DNA from: Thermodesulfobacteriota bacterium
Lineage (GTDB): Bacteria > DASVDK01
NCBI GenBank assembly: GCA_036381125.1
Contig: DASVDK010000237.1
Span: 1 to 36,395 of the forward strand
Reading direction: 5' to 3'
DNA length: 36,395 nt
A program made the position numbers and the translations under genes. The notes under the pieces were generated by a model that did not search any database, was not told where the DNA came from, and worked only from the letters and a program-made list of their open reading frames with translations. Positions within the stretch are counted from its first letter, which is position 1. Every line of letters begins with the position of its first letter. This document shows positions 1 to 8,270 of the stretch, piece by piece.

Positions 1-472
1 CGAGCCGGATGCGGCCGTCGGGGTCGATCACGAACGCCCCGGGCAGGAGGAGGCTGTCACCGGCGGGTAGCCCTGCGATGTGCCCGCGAAGCGTGGCCGC
101 GAGGGCTCGCCGCAGGACCGCCAGGCCGAAGAGCTGGGCGAACCGGCCGTGCCTGAGCCCGTATGCCGCGTAGGCCCGGCCGGTCGGGTCGGCGAAGAGC
201 GGAAAGCCCGGCCGAAAGGCGGACTCGGCCCGCGCCGTCCGGGCGGCGTCGGCGGGACCGACGGCCGCCAGTCGGACGCGCCGCCGCTCGAACTCGCCGT
301 GCCGCTCCCGCAGCTCGCCGAGCTGCTCCTTGCAGAACGTTCAGCCGTAGTGCCTGAGGAAGACGAGCGCGGCGAAGTGGTCCTGCCACAGGCTGGCCAG
401 GTGCACCTCGCCTCCCGCCGTGTCGAGCACCACCGCGTCCGGCGCACGGTCGCGCACCGACAGCTCGCTCAT
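1..472 (-). CDS. Peroxiredoxin-like (AhpC/TSA, PRXL2/SelL-like) thioredoxin-fold protein, probable selenoprotein (UGA=Sec at codon 44); 3' end outside window
   Basis: GGGAGG RBS, then ATG at 472. Reads MSELSVRDRAPDAVVLDTAGGEVHLASLWQDHFAALVFLRHYG-TGA(343-341)-TFCKEQLGELRERH...FPLFADPTGRAYAAYGL...LPGAFVIDPDGRIRL, open to the window edge. FLRHxG[C/U]xxC, 'ADP...Y..YGL' and 'G.FVID.DG.I' are family motifs. Not in the ORF track. Confidence 0.9.
310..326 (-). promoter_or_regulatory. Putative bacterial SECIS hairpin for the Prx-like gene
   Basis: mRNA GCAGCUC-GGC-GAGCUGC: perfect 7-bp stem starting 15 nt after the UGA, with G in the apical loop. Confidence 0.7.
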
Positions 473-494
473 CGATCGACCCTCCCTGCCCGCC

Positions 495-1331
495 TCACGC
501 GACGCCGGCCGCGGCGAGCAGGCGCGCGGCGTTGTCGTGGAAGATCGCCCGGTAGGCCTCGTCCGACAGGTCGAGCGCGAGCAGCCCGTCGCGCTCCTCG
601 CCGTACGGGTACGGGATGTTGGGCCAGTCGGTGCCGTAGAGGATCCGGTCGGCGTAGGCCGCCACGACCGAGCGGTCGATGCGGCTCCCGAAGGGGGAGT
701 CCGCGGCGAACGCCATGGTCGTGTCGAGCGACAGCGACGGGTGGCGGTCGAGGAGCGGCAGGAACTCGGCCGTCTCGTAGAGCCCCATGTGCGCCACGAC
801 GACGTTCAGCCCGGGAAGCCCGGCGAGCAGCCGCTCCACGCCGGCCGCGCTCGACGTGAACGCGTTCCCTCCGAACGGCCCCGTTCCGGCATGCATGAGG
901 ACGAACCGGCCTCGCTCGCGGACGAGGTCGTAGGCCGCGCGCATGCGCGGGTCGTCGGGATGGGTGCGCTGCACCTCGCAGTGGACCTTGAGCCCGGCCA
1001 TGCCGAGCTCGTCGAGGGCGCGGCGGACTTCCGGGACGAGGTCCGGATCGTCGGGATGGACGGTCGCGAGGGGGACCGCGCCGGGATGCCGGTCCGCGAA
1101 GGCCCGCAGCCAGTCGTTCAGCTCGCGCGCCATGCCCGGTCGATGGGCGTAGGACGCGACGACGTGGCGGACCACCCCCTCGGCCGCCAGCGTGCCGGCG
1201 TAGCCGGCCTCGTCCGACGGGTGCTCGATCCGCCAGTTCGTCTCGCGGGCGAACCACTCCCGGATCGCCCGGAAGAGTCGCGGCGGATGGAAGTGCGTGT
1301 GGCAGTCGATGGCCGGCCGGAAGAGGTCCAC
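495..1331 (-). CDS. Amidohydrolase family protein (Amidohydro_2 type)
   Basis: IDCHTH metal motif, GLKVH, MHAGT, VVAHMG, RILYGTDWP; 22 nt upstream of the Prx-like gene on the same strand. Confidence 0.9.
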   Translation of the reverse strand: MDLFRPAIDCHTHFHPPRLFRAIREWFARETNWRIEHPSDEAGYAGTLAAEGVVRHVVASYAHRPGMARELNDWLRAFADRHPGAVPLATVHPDDPDLVPEVRRALDELGMAGLKVHCEVQRTHPDDPRMRAAYDLVRERGRFVLMHAGTGPFGGNAFTSSAAGVERLLAGLPGLNVVVAHMGLYETAEFLPLLDRHPSLSLDTTMAFAADSPFGSRIDRSVVAAYADRILYGTDWPNIPYPYGEERDGLLALDLSDEAYRAIFHDNAARLLAAAGVA

Positions 1332-1379
1332 GCCTCTTCCCTTCTACTGCAACCGGCACGGAGTTGCCAGGAGGACCCC

Positions 1380-2777
1380 ATGACCATCCGCTCCATCAAC
1401 CCGGCGACCGGCGAGACGCTCCGGACCTTCGAGCCGATGACCGACCGTGAGGTGGACGACGCCGTCGAGCGGGCGGCGGCCGCCTTCCGGGACTGGCGCC
1501 GGACCCCCTTTGCCGAGCGGGCCCGGCTGATGCTCCGGGTGGCCGATCGCCTCGAGGAAGACCCCGAGTACCCGCGGACCATGACGCTCGAGATGGGCAA
1601 GACGATCGCGGCGGCGCGCGCGGAGGCGGCCAAGTGCGCAACCGCGTGCCGGTACTACGCGGAGCACGCGGAGCGGTTCCTCGCGGACGAGACGGTCGAG
1701 ACCGACGCGGCCGCGAGCTTCGTCCGCTACCAGCCGATGGGGCCGGTCCTCGCCGTGATGCCGTGGAACTTCCCCTTCTGGCAGGTGATCCGCTTCGCCG
1801 CGCCGGCGCTCATGGCGGGCAACGTCGGGCTCCTCAAGCACGCCTCCAACGTCCCGCAGTGCGCGCTCGCCCTCGAGGACCTCTTCCGGAAGGCCGGCTT
1901 CCCGGAGGGGGTGTTCACGACGCTCCTCGTCGGCGCGGAAGGGGTGGCGCAGGTCCTCGACGACCCGCGCGTCGCCGCCGCGACGCTCACGGGGAGCGAG
2001 GCGGCGGGACGGGACGTGGCGAGCCGGGCCGGCCGGAACATCAAGAAGACCGTCCTCGAGCTGGGCGGCAGCGACCCCTTCGTCGTCCTGCCGAGCGCCG
2101 ATCTCGACGCGGCCGTCGCGACGGCGGTCAAGGCCCGCGCCATCAACAACGGGCAGTCGTGCATCGCCGCCAAGCGGTTCATCGTGCACGAGCAGGTCGC
2201 GGAGCGCTTCACGGCCGCTTTCGTCGCAGGCATGGAAAGCCTCCGGATCGGCGACCCGATGGCGGAGACGACCGACGTGGGCCCCCTCGCCACCGCCGCC
2301 GTCCGCGACGGCCTCGAGCGGCAGGTCCGCGAGTCGGTCACGGCCGGCGCGCGCGTCCTCACCGGCGGCCGCGCCCTCCCCGATCGCGGCTTCTACTACG
2401 CGCCGACCGTGCTCGCCGACGTCCCCGAGTCGGCGCCCGCCTTCCGCGAGGAGCTGTTCGGCCCGGTGGCGTCGCTCTTCGTGGTGAAGGACACGGACCA
2501 GGCGATCCGGCTCGCCAACGCCACGACGTTCGGCCTCGGCTCGAGCGTCTGGACCATCGACCCCGCGGAGCAGGCGCGCCTGGTCGACGAGATCGAGGCG
2601 GGCCAGGTGTTCGTGAACGCGATGGTCGCCTCCGACCCGCGCCTCCCCTTCGGCGGCGTCAAGCGCTCCGGCTACGGCCGCGAGCTCGCCTGGCACGGCA
2701 TCCGGGAGTTCGTGAACGCCAAGACCGTCTGGGTCGCCGGCCGATCCGGCGAGCGGCGCGAGGCGCAGACGGAGTAG
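1380..2777 (+). CDS. NAD(P)-dependent aldehyde dehydrogenase, succinate-semialdehyde dehydrogenase (GabD1/Sad)-like
   Basis: AGGAGG RBS then ATG 1380 (MTIRSINPATGE); VMPWNFP, LLKHAS, LTGS, LELGGSDP, NNGQSCIA (catalytic Cys), EELFGP, PFGGVKRSGYGRE. Confidence 0.92.
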   Translation: MTIRSINPATGETLRTFEPMTDREVDDAVERAAAAFRDWRRTPFAERARLMLRVADRLEEDPEYPRTMTLEMGKTIAAARAEAAKCATACRYYAEHAERFLADETVETDAAASFVRYQPMGPVLAVMPWNFPFWQVIRFAAPALMAGNVGLLKHASNVPQCALALEDLFRKAGFPEGVFTTLLVGAEGVAQVLDDPRVAAATLTGSEAAGRDVASRAGRNIKKTVLELGGSDPFVVLPSADLDAAVATAVKARAINNGQSCIAAKRFIVHEQVAERFTAAFVAGMESLRIGDPMAETTDVGPLATAAVRDGLERQVRESVTAGARVLTGGRALPDRGFYYAPTVLADVPESAPAFREELFGPVASLFVVKDTDQAIRLANATTFGLGSSVWTIDPAEQARLVDEIEAGQVFVNAMVASDPRLPFGGVKRSGYGRELAWHGIREFVNAKTVWVAGRSGERREAQTE

Positions 2778-2887
2778 ACCGGGTTGCCCCCGACACGGAC
2801 GCCGAGGCGGCGCGGCGGTACGCTCGGCGTCCGTGGCCGCGGGCAAGTCCGCCTTCGCCCACGAGCCCTGACCCGGAGGTCCAAGAC

Positions 2888-3331
2888 GTGGCGTACGCCC
2901 TCTTCGTGCTCGTGGCTCTCGTCGCCGGAGCCGGCCTGCCGCTGCAGTCCGGCATCAACGCGCAACTGGTGCGCTTCGTCGGGCACCCGGTGCTCGCCGC
3001 CCTCGTGTCGTTCCTCGTCGGCACGGCGGCGCTGGCCGCTTACGCGGCGGCGGGCCGGCTGCCGGTCTCGCCGGCGCGGCTCGCCGAGGCGCCGCTCTGG
3101 GCGTGGACGGGCGGCCTCCTCGGGGCGGCCTTCGTCGCCGTGGCGGCCGACCTCGCCCCCAGGCTCGGCGCGACCTTCTTCGTGGGGGTGGTGGTCGCGG
3201 GCCAGATGATCGCCTCGCTCGTCCTCGACCACTTCGGCCTCGTCGGCTTCCCGCGCTACCCGGTGAGCCCGTCGAGGCTCCTCGGCGCCGCCCTCGTCGT
3301 CCTCGGTGTCGCGCTGCTCAGGCGCGTCTGA
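2888..3331 (+). CDS. DMT superfamily small membrane protein (YdcZ-like)
   Basis: GGAGG RBS then GTG; hydrophobic ~147 aa with AGAGLPLQSGINAQL, WAWTGGLLGA, GQMIASLVLDHFG. Confidence 0.88.
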   Translation: MAYALFVLVALVAGAGLPLQSGINAQLVRFVGHPVLAALVSFLVGTAALAAYAAAGRLPVSPARLAEAPLWAWTGGLLGAAFVAVAADLAPRLGATFFVGVVVAGQMIASLVLDHFGLVGFPRYPVSPSRLLGAALVVLGVALLRRV

Positions 3332-3365
3332 CGCCGGCGTGGCATCATGTCCGCCGGAGGACACC

Positions 3366-4040
3366 ATGACCTCGGTGCTCGACGCGTTGGGAGCGAAGGC
3401 GGCGGCGATGGTGCCCGACGGCGCGGTGGTGGGGCTCGGCTCCGGCCGCGCGGCGGAGGCGTTCCTGCGCGCGCTGGCCGAACGGGCGCGGTCGGGGCTG
3501 CGCGTGCACGGCGTCGCAACCTCGAACGCCACCGCGCAGCTCGCCGGGCGGCTCGGCGTTCGCCTCGTGCCGCTCCCGGACGAGCCGCTCGCCCTGACCG
3601 TGGACGGCGCCGACGAGGTCGACCCGCGCCTCGACCTGATCAAGGGCTACGGTGGGGCGCTCGTTCGCGAACGGATCGTCGCGGCCGCCTCGCGGCAGCA
3701 GGTGATCCTCGTGGGCGAGGAGAAGCTCGTCCCGGCGCTCGGCAGCCGCGGCCGCCTGCCGATCGAGGTGATCCCCATGGCGGTGCCGCTCGTGCGCCGC
3801 CGCCTCGAGGCGCTCGGCCTCCTCACGGCGCTCAGGCGCGGCGCCGACGGCCTCGACTACGTCACCGACAACGGCGGCCGGATCCTCGACGCGACCATCG
3901 GCCCCCTGTCCGACCCGCGCGGACTCGAGCAGGCGATCCGCGCCGTCCCCGGCGTCGTCGACACGGGCCTCTTCCTCGGCACGGCCGACCTCGTCCTCGT
4001 CGGCGGTCCCGACGGCATCCGCGAACTCAGGCGCGCCTGA
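3366..4040 (+). CDS. rpiA: Ribose-5-phosphate isomerase A
   Basis: GGAGG RBS; VGLGSG, DGADEVD, IKGYGGALVRE, PIEVIP, VTDNG, PGVVDTGLF. Confidence 0.93.
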   Translation: MTSVLDALGAKAAAMVPDGAVVGLGSGRAAEAFLRALAERARSGLRVHGVATSNATAQLAGRLGVRLVPLPDEPLALTVDGADEVDPRLDLIKGYGGALVRERIVAAASRQQVILVGEEKLVPALGSRGRLPIEVIPMAVPLVRRRLEALGLLTALRRGADGLDYVTDNGGRILDATIGPLSDPRGLEQAIRAVPGVVDTGLFLGTADLVLVGGPDGIRELRRA

Positions 4041-5178
4041 AGTACCGCGTCAAACGGGCGACGGCCTCCTCGAGCAGGCTGTCCTTCTTGCAGACGCAGA
4101 AGCGGACGAGCGTGCGCGGCGGGTCGGCGTCGTAGAAGGCGCTCACGGGGATCAGCGCGACGCCCGCCTCCTCGACGAGGAGGCGGCAGAAGGCCACGTC
4201 GTCCAGGTCCGGCCTGAGCCGCTCGAAGGAGGCCGACAGGAAGTAGGCGCCGGCCGCCGGCAGCACGGAGAACCCGATCCGCTCGAGTTGACCCGCGAGG
4301 TAGTCCCGCTTGGCCTGCATCCGGCGCGCGAGATCCTCGAAGTAGGCGTCGGGCAGGCCGAGCCCCCGCGCGACGGCGGTCTGGAGGTTCGGCGGCGTCG
4401 TGAAGACGACGAACTGGTGACAGCGGGCCACCGGCGCGAGGCACTCGGGGCTCGCGGTGACGTACCCGACCTTCCACCCGGTGAGGGAGAAGGTCTTGCC
4501 GGCCGACGCGATGCGGATCGTCCGGTCGCGCATCCCGGGCAGGGCGATGAGCGGCGTGAAGCGCCGCCCGTCGAAGACGATGTGCTCGTACACCTCGTCC
4601 GCGATCGCGACGGCGTCGTGCCGCACGACCAGCTCCGCCACGGCGGCCAGCTCGTCCGGCCCGAAGAGCTTGCCGGTCGGGTTCATGGGGTTGTTGAGGA
4701 GGAGGACGCGCGTGCGCGGGCCGAAGGCGGCCGCCAGGCGGGCGCGGTCGAGCCGCCAGTCGGGCGGCTCGAGCCGGACGAGCCGCGGCACCCCGCCGGC
4801 GCGCCGGATCATCGGCAGGTAGCTGTCGTAGAGCGGCTCGAAGACCACGACCTCGTCGCCCGGATCGACGTGGGCGAGGATGGCGGCGGTGAGCGCCTCG
4901 GTGGCGCCCGAGGTGACGAGGACTTCCCGCGCCGGGTCGACGTCGAGCCCGTAGAAGCGCCGGTCGTGCGCCGCCACCGCCTCGCGCAGCTCCGGCAGGC
5001 CCATCATGGGCGGGTACTGGTTCGACCCCTCGAGGACGGCGTCGGCCGCCGCGCGCAGGAGTTCCGGCGGCCAGCCCTCGTCCGGGAAGCCCTGCCCCAG
5101 GTTGACCGCGTCGTGCTCGCGCGCGAGCCGCGACATCACCTCGAAGATCGTCGTTCCGCCCGCCGTGAAGACCCCCAT
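4027..5178 (-). CDS. PLP-dependent class I/II aminotransferase, YbdL (methionine aminotransferase)-like
   Basis: TIFEVMS, NLGQGFPD, NNPMNPTG, DEVYEH, SAGKTFSLTGWKVG (PLP Lys); downstream of metQ on the same strand. Confidence 0.88.
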   Translation of the reverse strand: MGVFTAGGTTIFEVMSRLAREHDAVNLGQGFPDEGWPPELLRAAADAVLEGSNQYPPMMGLPELREAVAAHDRRFYGLDVDPAREVLVTSGATEALTAAILAHVDPGDEVVVFEPLYDSYLPMIRRAGGVPRLVRLEPPDWRLDRARLAAAFGPRTRVLLLNNPMNPTGKLFGPDELAAVAELVVRHDAVAIADEVYEHIVFDGRRFTPLIALPGMRDRTIRIASAGKTFSLTGWKVGYVTASPECLAPVARCHQFVVFTTPPNLQTAVARGLGLPDAYFEDLARRMQAKRDYLAGQLERIGFSVLPAAGAYFLSASFERLRPDLDDVAFCRLLVEEAGVALIPVSAFYDADPPRTLVRFCVCKKDSLLEEAVARLTRYFRRA

Positions 5179-5291
5179 GCCTCCCCCGTGCGTCGCGCGA
5201 TCCGCCCGCCGGCGCGGGCGCGCCGTCCGTGCAGATTAGCGCACGGACGCCGCACCCGCAGACCGCTCGCGCCGGCGGACGCCCTGCCCGC

Positions 5292-6092
5292 TCAGAAGAG
5301 CGGGATCACGGCGCCGCCGAACCGCTCGTTGATGAACGCGCGGACCTCGGGCGACTGGAAGGCGGCGACGAGCTTCTCGACGAACGGCTTGTCCCTGTCC
5401 GCGGCCCGGACCGCGATGATGTTCCCGTAGGGATTGTTCTCGGCCGACTCGATGGCGATGGCGTCCCGCCGCGGGTTCAGGTTCGCCAGGAGCGCGAAGT
5501 TCGTGTTGATCACGGCGGCGTCGAGGTCGTCGAGGCTCCGCGGGAGCTGGGCGGCGTCGAGCTCGCGGATGCGCAGGCGCCTCGGGTTCTCGACGATGTC
5601 GGCGACGGTCGGCGTGATCCCGACGCCCGGCCTGAGCGTGATGAGCTTCTCGGCGGCCAGGAGCAGGAGCCCCCGCCCGCCGTTGCTCGGGTCGTTCGGG
5701 ATGCCGATGGTCGCGCCGGTCTCGAGCTCGGCCACCGACTTCACGCGCCGCGAGTAGAGCCCGATCGGGTAGACGGTCGTCTTGCCGACGGCGACGATCC
5801 GGTACCCGCGCGTCCTGTTCTGGTTGTCGAGGTAGGGCTGGTGCTGGAACGCGTTGGCGTCGATGTCGCCCGCCGCGAGCGCCGCGTTCGGCAGGACGTA
5901 GTCGTTGAAGACGACGAGCTGGATGTCGAGCCCCCGACGGGCGGCGACCTTCTTCACCTGCTCCCAGATCTCCTCCGCCTCGCCGGCCATGATGCCGACC
6001 TTCACCCGCTCCGCGGCGGCGGCCGGCGACGAGACCGAGAGCGCGAGCGCGAGGGCGCCCGCGAGGACCTTCCAGATCGCAGTCGTGCGCAT
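5292..6092 (-). CDS. metQ: Methionine ABC transporter substrate-binding protein (MetQ/NlpA family)
   Basis: Signal peptide; FNDYVLPN, DANAFQHQPYL, IPNDPSNGGRGL, AAQLPRSLDD. Confidence 0.92.
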   Translation of the reverse strand: MRTTAIWKVLAGALALALSVSSPAAAAERVKVGIMAGEAEEIWEQVKKVAARRGLDIQLVVFNDYVLPNAALAAGDIDANAFQHQPYLDNQNRTRGYRIVAVGKTTVYPIGLYSRRVKSVAELETGATIGIPNDPSNGGRGLLLLAAEKLITLRPGVGITPTVADIVENPRRLRIRELDAAQLPRSLDDLDAAVINTNFALLANLNPRRDAIAIESAENNPYGNIIAVRAADRDKPFVEKLVAAFQSPEVRAFINERFGGAVIPLF

Positions 6093-6145
6093 GGTGGATC
6101 TCCGTGTGTCTGTCGGGTGAGCGTGCACGACGGACGAGCCGTCGA

Positions 6146-6802
6146 CTAGAGGCGCCGGTTCAGGCGGCGGGCGAGCCAGTCGCCCCCCGCCTGGACGGCG
6201 CAGACGATCGCCACGAGCACGACGATGACGGCGAGCATCACGCCGGTCTCGAAGCGCTGGTAGCCGTACCGGATGGCCAGGTCGCCCAGGCCGCCGGCGC
6301 CGACGGCGCCGGCCATGGCCGACGCGCCGATGAGGGACACGAGCGTCACCGTGAAGCCGGCGACGATGCCGGGCAGCGCCTCGGGGACGAGCACCTCGCG
6401 GACGATCTGCCACCGCGTGGCGCCCATCGCCTGCGCCGCCTCGACGAGCCCCCGATCGACCTCTCTCAGCGCCACCTCGGCCACGCGTGCGAAGAACGGC
6501 GTCGCCGCCACGCTGAGCGGCACGATGGCCGCCGCCGTGCCGATGGCGGTGCCGACGATGAAGCGGGTCACCGGGATCAGGGCGACCAGCAGGATGATGA
6601 ACGGCGTGGAGCGAAAGCCGTTCACGACGGCCCCGAGGGCCCGGTTGATGGCGCGGTGCTCGAGGATGCCGCCGGGCGCCGTGATGACCAGCACGACGGC
6701 GAGCGGGAGCCCCGCGAGGAGCGCGATCGCCCCCGACGCCGTCACCATGACGGCGGTCTCGACGAGCCCCGTGAGGAAGATGTCAACGAGGGCGCTGGAC
6801 AT
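6146..6802 (-). CDS. metI: Methionine ABC transporter permease
   Basis: ATG 6802; RSTPFIILL, GLVEAAQAMGA (EAA loop), SAMAGAVGAGGLGDLAIRYGYQRF. Confidence 0.93.
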   Translation of the reverse strand: MSSALVDIFLTGLVETAVMVTASGAIALLAGLPLAVVLVITAPGGILEHRAINRALGAVVNGFRSTPFIILLVALIPVTRFIVGTAIGTAAAIVPLSVAATPFFARVAEVALREVDRGLVEAAQAMGATRWQIVREVLVPEALPGIVAGFTVTLVSLIGASAMAGAVGAGGLGDLAIRYGYQRFETGVMLAVIVVLVAIVCAVQAGGDWLARRLNRRL

Positions 6803-7952
6803 AACCCAGGACCTCCACCGCCGCGCCGCGCGCCTCGAGCAGCCGCACCAGCCGATCGAGCCGCTCGGCCCCCTCGAAGGGCGCGGCCACGACGAGGTTG
6901 GCAACCGGCCGCCGCTGGATGTGCTCCACGGTTCCGGCAACGACGCTCAGGGGGACCTCGAGCGCCCGGGCCGCGTCGGTGAGCACCGGGTCGAACGGCG
7001 ACGTCCCGGCGGCGCGAACGCGCAGGAGCGCGTGCCGGCCCGGCGCCGGATCGGGCGAGATCCGCTCCGCGAGCGCGGGGGGAAGCTCGACCGACGGCGC
7101 GCCGAGGAGACGCCGCGTCGCCTCCGCGCGCGGGTGCGCGAAGACCTCCCACACCGGCCCGGTCTCCACGACCCGTCCGGCGTCGAGCACCGCCACGCGG
7201 TCGCAGACCTCCCGGATGACCGACATCTCGTGCGTGATGAGGATGACCGTGACGCCGAGCCGGGCGTTGATGTCCTGGAGGAGCCTCAGGATCGAGAGCG
7301 TGGTCTCCGGGTCGAGCGCCGAGGTGGCCTCGTCGCAGAGGAGGATGTCCGGGTCGTGAACGAGGGCTCGCGCGATGCCGACGCGCTGCTTCTGGCCGCC
7401 CGACAGCCGGGCCGGGTAGACGCGGTGCTTGTCGGCGAGCCCGACCAGGTCGAGCAGCCGCGGCACCGTCCGCTCGATGTCCGCGCGCGGTCGCCCGGCG
7501 AACCTGAGCGGCAGTGCGACGTTCTCGAAGACCGTCCTCGACGAGAGGAGGTTGAAGTGCTGGAAGATCATGCCGATCCGCTGGCGCACGGCCGCGAGCC
7601 GCGCCGCCGGCAGGTGGGTCACGTCCTCGCCGCCGACGAGGACGCGTCCCGCGGTGGGACGCTCGAGGCGGTTGATGCAGCGGATGAGGGTGCTCTTGCC
7701 GGCGCCGCTGCGACCGATGATGCCGAAGACCTCGCCCCGCTCGACCGCGAGGTCGACGCCGTCGAGGGCCACGACGGGGCCCGCCGGCGTGTCGAAGCGC
7801 TTCGACAGCCCTTCGAGCCTGACGATCGGCGCGGCAGGGGCCGGCCGCGGCGCGACCGCCGCGTGCTCCGCGTCGGCCGTGCGCCGCGCTGCGCGCGGCC
7901 GGGCGGCCCGCGCAACGGCGCGCACCGACGAGCCGGGATCGGCGTGTGACAT
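6783..7952 (-). CDS. metN: Methionine ABC transporter ATP-binding protein with C-terminal NIL-like domain
   Basis: GRSGAGKS, MIFQHFNLLSSRTV, LSGGQKQRVGIARAL, LCDEATSALDPETT, ITHEM; GGAGGG RBS before ATG 7952. Confidence 0.92.
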   Translation of the reverse strand: MSHADPGSSVRAVARAARPRAARRTADAEHAAVAPRPAPAAPIVRLEGLSKRFDTPAGPVVALDGVDLAVERGEVFGIIGRSGAGKSTLIRCINRLERPTAGRVLVGGEDVTHLPAARLAAVRQRIGMIFQHFNLLSSRTVFENVALPLRFAGRPRADIERTVPRLLDLVGLADKHRVYPARLSGGQKQRVGIARALVHDPDILLCDEATSALDPETTLSILRLLQDINARLGVTVILITHEMSVIREVCDRVAVLDAGRVVETGPVWEVFAHPRAEATRRLLGAPSVELPPALAERISPDPAPGRHALLRVRAAGTSPFDPVLTDAARALEVPLSVVAGTVEHIQRRPVANLVVAAPFEGAERLDRLVRLLEARGAAVEVLGYVQRPR

Positions 7953-7964
7953 CGAGCGAGCGTC

Positions 7965-8050
7965 CCTCCATCCCTCTCGCCCGGGCTTCCTGCCCGGAAA
8001 CGACAACGCCCCGCGGGCCCGGTGGCCGGCGGGGCGAGAGGGAACGGAGG
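7965..8050 (-). promoter_or_regulatory. Long mRNA stem that sequesters the metN Shine-Dalgarno region
   Basis: mRNA CCUCCGUUCCCUCUCGCCC (8050-8032) pairs with GGGCGAGAGGGAUGGAGG (7982-7965), about 18 bp with one bulge and one G-U, covering the SD. Confidence 0.6.
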
Positions 8051-8108
8051 CGGGCGCCGCGGGCCAGGGCCGATCGGAGCGGCGGCCCGGACCCGGCGCG
8101 TGACGTGC

Positions 8109-8234
8109 CTACTGCAGCACGATGCCCGGCGAGGCCGGGACGCGCGGGGCCGTGGCCGCCCGGGTCATGCGCATCCGCGCACGGCCCGCCGGACGACAAC
8201 ACCCCATGCTGCTCGGCACCCGCGAGAGGAGCAT
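8109..8234 (-). CDS. Putative leader peptide (41 aa, four Met and a Cys-Cys pair) upstream of metNIQ
   Basis: MLLSRVPSSMGCCRPAGRARMRMTRAATAPRVPASPGIVLQ*; ATG 8 nt after a -10 box, no SD. Confidence 0.5.
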   Translation of the reverse strand: MLLSRVPSSMGCCRPAGRARMRMTRAATAPRVPASPGIVLQ

Positions 8235-8242
8235 GACCGGTG

Positions 8243-8270
8243 AGGGTACCGGCCTCGACGCGTTTGTCAA
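8243..8270 (-). promoter_or_regulatory. Sigma70-type promoter for the met leader/metNIQ unit
   Basis: TTGACA (8270-8265), 16 nt, TACCCT (8248-8243). Confidence 0.6.

Noticed and set aside
341-343. Treating the TGA-interrupted Prx-like and Trx-TPR genes as pseudogenes
   Set aside because: In both genes the TGA falls exactly at the redox Cys position, is followed by a SECIS-like hairpin, and there are no other lesions.
5224-5249. Shared operator between the 5224 hairpin (CGTCCGTGC/GCACGGACG) and the 2794 inverted repeat
   Set aside because: Arm order and spacing differ, and short GC-rich matches are expected by chance.
7953-8245. Canonical SAM-I/SAM-IV riboswitch or T-box upstream of metN
   Set aside because: I could not find the conserved cores by eye (AUC..GAG, GCAACC, GUGC..A..GAU, or the T-box GGUGG.ACC); an Infernal scan would be decisive.
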